A stretch of 64,000 bases of DNA from an uncultured Alphaproteobacteria bacterium (GTDB taxonomy: Bacteria > Pseudomonadota > Alphaproteobacteria > HIMB59 > GCA-002718135): the NCBI GenBank assembly GCA_902587565.1, contig CACILT010000002.1, positions 2,396-66,395 of the forward strand, given 5' to 3'. How positions within the stretch are numbered: the first letter of the stretch is position 1; each line of letters opens with the position of its first letter. Of the stretch, positions 52,905 through 64,000 are shown in pieces. The notes under the pieces were generated by a model, which worked only from the letters and a program-made list of their open reading frames with translations, ran no database searches and was not told where the DNA came from. A program made the position numbers and the translations under genes.

Positions 52905-53540
52905 ATGTCTAAAGAGATAGCTAAAATATTAGTAGATATAAAGTCTATTAATTTTTCATTTGATAAATATTTTACTCTTACATCAGGCTTGGCTAGTCCT
53001 GTTTATGTTGATTGTAGAAAAATTATTTCTTTTACAAAAGAAAGAAATTTTATAATTGATAAAGCCATAGATTATTTAACTAAAAATAATATTGAGACAG
53101 AAATTATTGCTGGTGGAGAGACCGCTGGAATTCCCTATGCTGCTTTTATTTCTCAAAAATTAGATAAACAAATGATTTATATTAGAAAAAAAACAAAAGG
53201 TTTTGGAAAAAACAAACAAATTGAAGGTGAATTTGAAAATAATCAAAAAGCTCTTTTAGTTGAAGATCTAGCTACTGATGGAGGTAGTAAAATAATTTTT
53301 ATTAACGCAATGCGTGAAGCTGGATTAAAAGTTAAAGATATATTTGTAATATTTTATTATGATATTTTTAATTTCAATGAATCAGAATTATTTAAATTAA
53401 ATGTAAATATGCACTCACTGTGTACTTGGAAAGATGTAATAAATTATATTGAAAGTGAAAAAATATATTCTGAAGATAAGGTTTCAAACTTAAAAGAATT
53501 TTTAGAAGATCCAGAAAAATGGAGAAGCAAGTATGCGTGA
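52905..53540 (+). CDS. pyrE: Orotate phosphoribosyltransferase
   Basis: FTLTSGLASPVYVDCRK, GGETAGIP, RKKTKGFG, LVEDLATDGGS. Confidence 0.95.
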   Translation: MSKEIAKILVDIKSINFSFDKYFTLTSGLASPVYVDCRKIISFTKERNFIIDKAIDYLTKNNIETEIIAGGETAGIPYAAFISQKLDKQMIYIRKKTKGFGKNKQIEGEFENNQKALLVEDLATDGGSKIIFINAMREAGLKVKDIFVIFYYDIFNFNESELFKLNVNMHSLCTWKDVINYIESEKIYSEDKVSNLKEFLEDPEKWRSKYA

Positions 53541-53967
53541 AATAGTTGTTGTCAGTGGAGGTTTTGACCCAATTCACAGTGGTCATATAAAATTAATTAA
53601 AGAAGCTGCTAAACATGGTGAAGTTGTAGTTTTGCTAAATTCGGATTTATGGCTTCAAAAAAAGAAAGGTAAGGAATTTCTTCCTTTTATTGAAAGAGCT
53701 GTAATTATGAATGAGTTAAAAAATGTTATTGATGTTATAGAATTTGATGACGGAGATAGGACGTGCATCGATGGTCTTAAAAAAGTAAAAAATAAATATC
53801 CAAAATCAATTATTAAATTTGCAAATGGAGGTGACAGAAATAATAGTACAACACCAGAATCAATATTCTGTGAAAAAAACAATATACAGTTACTTTGGGG
53901 TATAGGTGGTGACAATAAATCAAATTCTAGTTCATGGATTTTACAAAAATGGAAAGAAGATAATTAA
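53533..53967 (+). CDS. Cytidylyl/adenylyltransferase family protein (TagD/RibL-like)
   Basis: SGGFDPIHSGH (HxGH), NSD..L..KKG, ER, FANGGDR, SSS. Confidence 0.85.
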   Translation: MREIVVVSGGFDPIHSGHIKLIKEAAKHGEVVVLLNSDLWLQKKKGKEFLPFIERAVIMNELKNVIDVIEFDDGDRTCIDGLKKVKNKYPKSIIKFANGGDRNNSTTPESIFCEKNNIQLLWGIGGDNKSNSSSWILQKWKEDN

Positions 53968-54569
53968 GGATATAATTTTCTTGTAATCCAACCATCATTT
54001 TCCATACGGAATTCAAGTCTGTCATGCAATCTAAATGGCATATCTTGCCAAAATTCAATTAATATAGGTGCTACTAAGTAACCATTCCAATGTGAAGGTC
54101 TTGGAACATCATTATCTGAGAATTTTTTTTCAAACTCTTCTACTCTTTTAGTTAATGTCGATCTATCATCTAGTTCTTCTGACTGTAATGAAGCCCAAGC
54201 TCCTATTCTGCTTCCTAGTGGCCTTGAATTATAATATTCATCAGCTTCAGCTTTTGAAATTTGTGAAACATTACCCTCTATTCTTATTTGTCTTTGAAGT
54301 GTTTTCCAATGAAAATTTAAAGCTACACTATCGTTGTTTTTAATTGCTCTACCTTTTTTGCTATTTGAATTTGTGTAAAAAACAAACCCTTTATCATCAT
54401 ATGATTTAAGTAAAACAATTCGCGAGCTGGGTTTGCCATCAGAAGATATAGTAGCAAGGTTCATAGCATTTGGATCATTGATTTCACTTTTCTTTGCCTC
54501 TTCAAACCATTCTTGAAAAAGTTCAATTGGTTTTTTATCAGAATTTATTAATTTTTGATTTGATTGCAT
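53964..54569 (-). CDS. pdxH: Pyridoxamine 5'-phosphate oxidase
   Basis: RIVLLK, FYTN.NSKK, RQIRIEG, EFWQ...RLHDR. Confidence 0.96.
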   Translation of the reverse strand: MQSNQKLINSDKKPIELFQEWFEEAKKSEINDPNAMNLATISSDGKPSSRIVLLKSYDDKGFVFYTNSNSKKGRAIKNNDSVALNFHWKTLQRQIRIEGNVSQISKAEADEYYNSRPLGSRIGAWASLQSEELDDRSTLTKRVEEFEKKFSDNDVPRPSHWNGYLVAPILIEFWQDMPFRLHDRLEFRMENDGWITRKLYP

Positions 54570-54637
54570 ATTATAGATATGAATATTATTTTATAAGTAT
54601 ATATATCTATATTTATAAAAAAACACTGATTTACAAT

Positions 54638-55465
54638 ATGTTGATGCAAAATAAAAAAGGTCTGATTATGGGAGTGGCAAATGACAGATCTATTGCTTGG
54701 GGTATTGCGAAAAAATTAGCAGAACAGGGAGCAGAAATTGCACTTACTTATCAAGGAGAAGCTCTTAAGAAAAGAGTTCAGCCACTTGCAGAAGAAATAG
54801 GATCTAACACTATTATTCCTTGTGATGTTTCAGACTCACAAAGTATGAATAACGTTTTTGAAACACTTAAAAATAAATGGGGTGAATTAGATTTTCTTGT
54901 TCATGGAATTGGTTTTTCAAACAAAGATGAATTAAGAGGTAAATATTACAATACATCTTCTGATAATTTTAGACAAACTATGCATATATCATGTTATTCT
55001 TTTACGGAGGCTTGTAGGCTAGCAGAACCTTTAATGAATAATGGTGGATCAATTTTAACTTTAACATATTATGGATCAGAACAAGTTATGCCTCATTATA
55101 ATGTTATGGGAGTTGCAAAAGCAGCTTTAGAGGCAAGTGTTAGATATTTAGCAGTTGATTTGGGAGAAAAAAATATAAGAGTTAATGCTATTAGTGCTGG
55201 GCCAATTAAAACTTTGGCAGCATCAGGAATAGGTGATTTTCGATTTATTCTAAAATGGAACGAACTTAATGCTCCACTTAAAAGAAATGTAAATCAGCAA
55301 GATGTTGGAAATTCTGCTTTGTATCTCTTAAGTGATCTTGGAAGTGCCGTTACTGGTGAGATACAACATGTCGATTGTGGTTATCATACTGTAGGAATGG
55401 TTGCAGTTGATGAGAGTGAAAGTGTTTCAGAATTATTAGGTGAATTTACAAATTCTAAAAAATGA
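54638..55465 (+). CDS. fabI: Enoyl-ACP reductase FabI
   Basis: [34 protein letters not shown]; start reassigned to ATG 54638. Confidence 0.96.
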   Translation: MLMQNKKGLIMGVANDRSIAWGIAKKLAEQGAEIALTYQGEALKKRVQPLAEEIGSNTIIPCDVSDSQSMNNVFETLKNKWGELDFLVHGIGFSNKDELRGKYYNTSSDNFRQTMHISCYSFTEACRLAEPLMNNGGSILTLTYYGSEQVMPHYNVMGVAKAALEASVRYLAVDLGEKNIRVNAISAGPIKTLAASGIGDFRFILKWNELNAPLKRNVNQQDVGNSALYLLSDLGSAVTGEIQHVDCGYHTVGMVAVDESESVSELLGEFTNSKK

Positions 55466-56532
55466 CTTCTAATTCAATAGGAAAAATCTTTAACTTTACC
55501 ACATGGGGAGAAAGCCATGGCAAAGCTATTGGTTGTGTTGTCGATGGAGTGCCATCAAACATAAATTTAACTGAAAAAGATATTCAACCCTATTTAGATA
55601 AAAGAAAACCTGGTCAGTCAAAATTTACAACTCAAAGAAAAGAAGAGGATAAAGTTGAAATACTATCTGGAACTTTTGAGGGAAAAACAACAGGTCATCC
55701 TATTTCTCTAATTATCTACAATCAAGATCAGAGATCAAAAGATTATGGTGATATCAAAAGTAAATTTAGACCGGGTCATGCAGATTATACATATTGGAAA
55801 AAATATGGCATAAGAGATTATAGGGGTGGTGGTAGATCTAGTGCTAGAGAAACTGCAATGAGAGTAGCAGCAGGGGCAATAGCAAGAAAAATCATAAAAA
55901 ATAAAATTAAAAATCAAGTTGTAATAACAGGTGCATTAATTCAAATAGGTAATCATAAAATTAATTATGATAATTGGAATAATAATTTTATTCCAAAAAA
56001 TAATTTTTGGAGTCCTGATAAAGAAATTATTAAAATATGGGAAAACGAAATACAAACTGCAAGAAAATCTGGTTCCTCTTTAGGTGCAATAATTGAAATT
56101 AGAGTGAAAGGTTTGCCAGCTGGATTAGGAGAACCTATTTATGAAAAAATAGACTCTGATATTGCTAAGGCATTGATGTCTATTAATGCTGTTAAGGGGG
56201 TAGAAATGGGAAACGGATTTAGTAGTGTTTATGAAACTGGAATTTCTAACGTTGATGAAATGAGAATAAGAAATAAAAAACCTTTATTTCTCTCAAATAA
56301 TAATGGTGGAGTTCTTGGGGGTATTACAACGGGCCAAGAATTAATTACTAGATTTGTAGTAAAACCTACAAGCTCAATATTATCCCCAAAAAAAACAATT
56401 AATACAAAATTAAAAGAAACAACAATATCTACTAAAGGTCGTCATGATCCATGTGTTGGTATCAGAGCTGTTCCTGTCGGTGAAGCAATGGTTGCCACAA
56501 CTATAGCTGATCATTGTTTAAGATTTCTTTAA
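55462..56532 (+). CDS. aroC: Chorismate synthase
   Basis: [27 protein letters not shown]. Confidence 0.97.
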   Translation: MTSNSIGKIFNFTTWGESHGKAIGCVVDGVPSNINLTEKDIQPYLDKRKPGQSKFTTQRKEEDKVEILSGTFEGKTTGHPISLIIYNQDQRSKDYGDIKSKFRPGHADYTYWKKYGIRDYRGGGRSSARETAMRVAAGAIARKIIKNKIKNQVVITGALIQIGNHKINYDNWNNNFIPKNNFWSPDKEIIKIWENEIQTARKSGSSLGAIIEIRVKGLPAGLGEPIYEKIDSDIAKALMSINAVKGVEMGNGFSSVYETGISNVDEMRIRNKKPLFLSNNNGGVLGGITTGQELITRFVVKPTSSILSPKKTINTKLKETTISTKGRHDPCVGIRAVPVGEAMVATTIADHCLRFL

Positions 56533-57267
56533 AATACTATAAATCAAAAATTCTTTATTTCCTTTTGGTCCAGTTATTGGACTTTCGACTAAACCTACAA
56601 CTTCAGCCTTAATTGTTTTTTTAAACCAATTCAATATATCATTACATACTTGTTGATGAATAAATGGATCTTTCACAATACCTTTTTTCAAATTTATTTT
56701 ATTAGTTTCAAATTGTGGCTTAATTAGTGAAATAATCTCAGCTTTACCTGATAAAAGCTTCAGGCTAGGTTCTATAACCTTTGTTAGACTAATGAAACTA
56801 ACATCACAGACTACTAAATTAATTTTTTCATGAATTATTGAGTTATCTAAATATTTAGCATTAAAATTTTCTATGCTAATAATTTTTTTTTCTTTTTTTA
56901 ATTTTTCATGAAGTTGATTTGTACCAACATCAATAGCATATATTTTTTTAGCGTTTTTTTTTAAAAGAACTTCTGTGAATCCACCAGTTGATGAACCGAT
57001 ATCTAGACAAATTTTATTTTCAATATCAATCTTAAAATGATCAATCGCTTTAAGTAATTTGAATGCACCTCTTGATACCCATGGAGGATGTAGTTGTTTA
57101 ATTTTTATTTTTGAGTTTTCATTAAAACTGTTACCACTTTTGGTAATAATTTTATCGTTTACATAAACTTGACCGGCCATAATCATAGATTGGGCCTTTG
57201 ATTTAGTATCAGCTAAGTTTCTATCCATTAAAAGCTGATCAAGTCTTATTTTTAGATTTTTACTCAA
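56518..57267 (-). CDS. tlyA: TlyA-family rRNA 2'-O-methyltransferase
   Basis: RLDQLL S4 domain, [35 protein letters not shown]; TTG start. Confidence 0.94.
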   Translation of the reverse strand: MSKNLKIRLDQLLMDRNLADTKSKAQSMIMAGQVYVNDKIITKSGNSFNENSKIKIKQLHPPWVSRGAFKLLKAIDHFKIDIENKICLDIGSSTGGFTEVLLKKNAKKIYAIDVGTNQLHEKLKKEKKIISIENFNAKYLDNSIIHEKINLVVCDVSFISLTKVIEPSLKLLSGKAEIISLIKPQFETNKINLKKGIVKDPFIHQQVCNDILNWFKKTIKAEVVGLVESPITGPKGNKEFLIYSILKKS

Positions 57268-57275
57268 ATTGAAAA

Positions 57276-57494
57276 TTACTTAAAATCTTCTTTTGTAACT
57301 TTATTGTTTTCTTGCTTAATTTTTTTAATTTGGCTTTCAATACTTTTTAATTTTTCCTCACATGCTTTTTTTAAATTCATTCCTTCTTCGTAAAGTTTTA
57401 CAGATTCTTCTAAATCTACTTCACCATTTTCTAGTTTCTCTACAATAGACTCAAGTTTTTTTAAATTATTTTCAAAATTATTATCTTTATTCAT
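57276..57494 (-). CDS. xseB: Exodeoxyribonuclease VII small subunit
   Basis: FENNLKKLESIVEKLE, LEESVKLYEEG. Confidence 0.94.
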   Translation of the reverse strand: MNKDNNFENNLKKLESIVEKLENGEVDLEESVKLYEEGMNLKKACEEKLKSIESQIKKIKQENNKVTKEDFK

Positions 57495-57780
57495 TAGATG
57501 TATCTATTTTTGTAATATTTGATGTTTCTATATCATATATTAAAGCATAAACCTTATCATTACTTTTTATTGTAAACAAAATCCGATTATTATCAATCAT
57601 ATCTATATCTGTAATTTTGTGCCCTTTTTCTAAATTTAAATTATATTCAATTAAATTTGTATCTAAATTACTTTGTTTTTTTGTTGTTTTTATATACAAG
57701 CCATAAACTAGAGCTAAAAAACAAATAACAATTAATATACCTAAAAATATTACAATAAATTTAAGAATTTTTTGAGACAT
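57487..57780 (-). CDS. Small single-pass membrane protein, hypothetical
   Basis: LKFIVIFLGILIVICF N-terminal TM followed by a short soluble beta-rich segment; coupled to xseB. Confidence 0.7.
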   Translation of the reverse strand: MSQKILKFIVIFLGILIVICFLALVYGLYIKTTKKQSNLDTNLIEYNLNLEKGHKITDIDMIDNNRILFTIKSNDKVYALIYDIETSNITKIDTSNE

Positions 57781-58750
57781 GAACGAATTCTATAATCTTA
57801 AATTAACTATAAATAAACAATTAAGTTCACAAAGATTAGATAAAGTGCTCGTTTCAAAATTGGAAGGATATTCAAGAACACAAATTAAAACTTTAATATT
57901 AAATGGCAATGTATGTCTTGATGAAAAGGAAATAAAAGATCCATCTTACATCACTAAAGAAAATGAAAATTACTTTATAAATATTATCTTGAAACAAGAA
58001 ACAAAACATTCAGCTGAAAATATAGACTTAAACATTATTTTTGAAGATGAGGATTTAATTGTTATAAATAAACCACCAAATTTAGTAATGCATCCAGCAC
58101 CTGGAAATGAAAGCGGCACTCTTGTGAATGCTCTTATGCATTACACGAATAATCAGCTAAGTAATTTAGATGATAATGCTAGACCAGGAATAGTCCATCG
58201 TTTAGATAAGGATACAAGTGGAATTCTTGTTGTTGCAAAAAATAATAATGTTCATATTAACTTAGCCGAACAATTTAAAGAACACACGATATCTCGTAGA
58301 TATAAAGCAATAGTTTGGGGGACTCCTGATAATCAATCAATTGAAGGGTACATAGAGAGAAATAGAAAAAATAGAAAAAAAATGAGTTTAAATAATAAGG
58401 GTTTTGGAAAATATTCTAAAACCGATATTAAATTAGAAAAAACATTTGGTATTGCTAGTTTAGTTGACTGCCATTTACATACTGGAAGAACACATCAAAT
58501 TAGACTTCATTTAACTTCTAAAAATTCTCCTATAATTGGTGATAAGATTTATGGAAAAAGTAAAATTAATCAATTTGGAAAAGATAAAAATACATTTAAT
58601 AAATTTATGATTTTAAAAAATTTTGAAAGACAAGCATTACATGCATATCATCTAGGTTTTGATCATCCTTCATCAAAAAAAAGGATGGATTTTGATATTG
58701 AAATTCCTGAAGATTTTAAGAATTTAATAGAATTATTGCTTAAATATTAA
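57779..58750 (+). CDS. rluD: RluA-family pseudouridine synthase (RluD-like)
   Basis: RLDK S4 domain, HPAPGN, RPGIVHRLDKDTSG, TGRTHQIR, RQALHA; upstream of rpoH as usual in Alphaproteobacteria. Confidence 0.88.
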   Translation: MNEFYNLKLTINKQLSSQRLDKVLVSKLEGYSRTQIKTLILNGNVCLDEKEIKDPSYITKENENYFINIILKQETKHSAENIDLNIIFEDEDLIVINKPPNLVMHPAPGNESGTLVNALMHYTNNQLSNLDDNARPGIVHRLDKDTSGILVVAKNNNVHINLAEQFKEHTISRRYKAIVWGTPDNQSIEGYIERNRKNRKKMSLNNKGFGKYSKTDIKLEKTFGIASLVDCHLHTGRTHQIRLHLTSKNSPIIGDKIYGKSKINQFGKDKNTFNKFMILKNFERQALHAYHLGFDHPSSKKRMDFDIEIPEDFKNLIELLLKY

Positions 58751-58780
58751 ATTATATTTTATTTGTGATATAGGCGTATT

Positions 58781-62008
<3,228 letters not shown>

Positions 62009-62016
<8 letters not shown>

Positions 62017-63365
62017 GGTAAGGCCTTACTAATTTTTTTATTTCTAGAGATTTCTTTTTAACCTCAGTAACTTCTTGACCTTCGACTAGTATTCTAACTA
62101 ATGGTTCAGTTCCAGATAACCTTACAAGAGATCTGATTTTTTTATTATTATATAGTTTATCATTTTTTAACTTATCAAGAATTTTTAACAGTTTGGTATT
62201 CTTTGTTTTATAACTTAAGTTAATTTTTTCTTGAGCAAAGTCATTGTACAAATCAAAAAGTTTGCTCGCCTTATTTTTATTTGATATCAAAATTTCAGTG
62301 ATTTTTAGAGCTGCCAAAATTCCATCACCAGTATTAGAATGTTCTGACAATATTATATGTCCTGATTGTTCCCCGCCTATTATAGATTTGGATTTTTTCA
62401 TTTGATTTATAACGTTTATATCTCCAACAGATGTTCGCTTAATCTTTAATTTTAATTTATTTGTGAGATAATTTTCTAATCCCATATTAGACATAACCGT
62501 TATAATAACATCATGTTGTTTGGATTTTTTCTGAGGTTTTACATAACTTTTACATAACAATCCTATAATTTTATCACCATCAACTTCTTTACCTTCTTCA
62601 TCTACAACTATTAACCTATCTCCATCACCATCAAATGCAAATCCAATATCAGCCTTTTCTTTTATGACATTTTGTGAGAGTGATTTCACATCGACTGCAC
62701 CACAATTTTTATTAATGTTTAAGCCATCTGGATTATTATTTATGGCAATTATATTATGACCTAGCTCCCAGAATAAATTTGGAGCTATATTATATGTAGC
62801 TCCATTCGCACAATCTAAAACAATTTTTAGTTTTTTCTTGTAAGATGTTTTATTCAAAGTGCTTTTTAAAAATTCTGAGTATCTACCTGAGGCATCTTCC
62901 AGTCTTCTTGCATTTCCAGAAATAAATGTGTTGTTTGTAATTCTAGAATATTTTTTATTATCTAATACTATTTTTTCAACCTTTTGCTCTATCAATGAAC
63001 TTAGCTTTGTTCCGGTGCTATCAAAAAATTTAAGTCCATTATATTCATATGTGTTATGAGAAGCTGTAATCATTACGCCAATATCTGCTCTTAAAGTTTT
63101 AATCATTAATGGGACGGCTGGTGTTGGAAGGGGGGCCGACTAAAATTACATCCATACCCATAGAAATAAATCCTGCTGTCACAAGTGGCTCATATAAATA
63201 TCCAGATAATCTAGTATCTTTGCAAATCACAACCCTACTATTTTTAGAATTTTTCTTTTTTAGAAGAAATGCAACTGTTTTTGAAATTTTTAGACAAGTT
63301 TCAGCAGAAAGAGGTTCCTCATTAACTAAGCACCGTATACCATCGGTACCAAATATTTTAGACAT
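62009..63365 (-). CDS. glmM: Phosphoglucosamine mutase, split by a +1 frameshift near 63130-63135
   Basis: FGTDGIR and KDTRLSG in ORF 63099-63365; TASHN, DGDGDR, GGEQSGH, SGTEP in ORF 62009-63106. Removing one C from a C6 run restores VGPLPTPAV and a 451-aa protein. Confidence 0.93.
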
Positions 63366-63409
63366 TTATGTCTTTTATTCAAAAAAATAAATAAAGTGAA
63401 GTAATTAAA

Positions 63410-64000
63410 TTAGTTTGCAGGAGCAGGAGCAGATCCACCTGTTTTTGGAACAGATGTAGCTGGTTTTTTTGGTGTGTTTATATCATTATCAAGATCGTCA
63501 CGAGTTGGCTTTATACCTTTGATTAAATCTTTAATTTCATCACCTGATAATGTTTCATACTCTAAAAGTCCCTTAGCAACTATATGTAGTTCTTCAATAT
63601 TATCTTGAAGAATTTTTCTACAATTATTTTCAGCCTCTTCTGCAAGAAATCTAACCTCTTCATCAATTATTTTTGCTGTAGAATCAGATAAATTTTTTGA
63701 TTGTGCAACGGAATGCCCTAGGAAAACTTCCTCACTGTCACTGTTATATCTTAGACGGCCTAATTTTTCACTCATACCCCATTCAGTAATCATTTTTTTT
63801 GATAGATTTGTCACCATTTGTATATCGCTTGCTGCCCCATTTGTAATTTTATCTTTTCCAAAGATCATTTCTTCTGCAATTCTTCCACCAGTAGCAATTA
63901 ATAAATGAGCTTTCATCTGATCTTTTCTCATAGACAGTTGATCTTTTTCAGGAAGTCTCATAACCATACCTAATGCTCTACCTCTCGGTATTATAGTTGC
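63410..64000 (-). CDS. ftsH: ATP-dependent metalloprotease FtsH, C-terminal part (5' end outside window)
   Basis: ATIIPRGRALGMVM, GGRIAEE, GAASDI, WGMSEKLG, LLEYETL. Confidence 0.95.
   Translation of the reverse strand, partial: ATIIPRGRALGMVMRLPEKDQLSMRKDQMKAHLLIATGGRIAEEMIFGKDKITNGAASDIQMVTNLSKKMITEWGMSEKLGRLRYNSDSEEVFLGHSVAQSKNLSDSTAKIIDEEVRFLAEEAENNCRKILQDNIEELHIVAKGLLEYETLSGDEIKDLIKGIKPTRDDLDNDINTPKKPATSVPKTGGSAPAPAN

Noticed and set aside
54494-54637. 48-aa N-terminal extension of FabI
   Set aside because: Overlaps the divergent pdxH start and low-complexity AT DNA; homology begins at ATG 54638.
56518-57267. TlyA as a haemolysin or virulence factor
   Set aside because: The motifs and housekeeping context indicate an rRNA methyltransferase.

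Overview
A very AT-rich (roughly 30% GC by eye), densely packed chromosomal segment from a streamlined alphaproteobacterium. The sequence style suggests a marine SAR11/HIMB59-like oligotroph; this placement is inferred, not computed. About 30 kb (9.2-39.4 kb, minus strand) is one continuous translation/transcription supercluster: tRNA-Tyr/Gly, tuf, tRNA-Trp, secE, nusG, rplKAJL, rpoBC, rpsLG, fusA, the S10/spc/alpha operons, crcB and a pseudouridine synthase. rpmD (L30) is missing and there is no tuf after fusA. To the left are an amidinotransferase coupled to an EutA/maleate-isomerase-like gene, divergent from gabD, followed by a ROK kinase, bioY, gshB, gshA, mgtE, tRNA-Leu and lipB. To the right are rlmB and tRNA-Thr, then an accessory module: a two-subunit NAD-linked formate dehydrogenase of the tungsten-using Methylorubrum Fdh1AB type, with tusA, moeA, mobB, a lone tupB permease, fdhD, mobA and a 40-aa lipoprotein. 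A YeiH/TauE/TIGR02186/USP cluster follows, with an extra membrane ORF inserted. Housekeeping genes close the window (pyrE, pdxH, fabI, aroC, tlyA, xseB, rluD, rpoH, purA, hisZ, glmM with a +1 frameshift, partial ftsH). I saw no CRISPR array, integrase, transposase or long repeat. The best leads for new biology are the amidinotransferase locus, the W-FDH module with its orphan TupB and micro-lipoprotein, the inserted DmsC/SoeC-like ORF, and apparent local losses of serC/serA and ispA/dxs. None is demonstrated from sequence alone.
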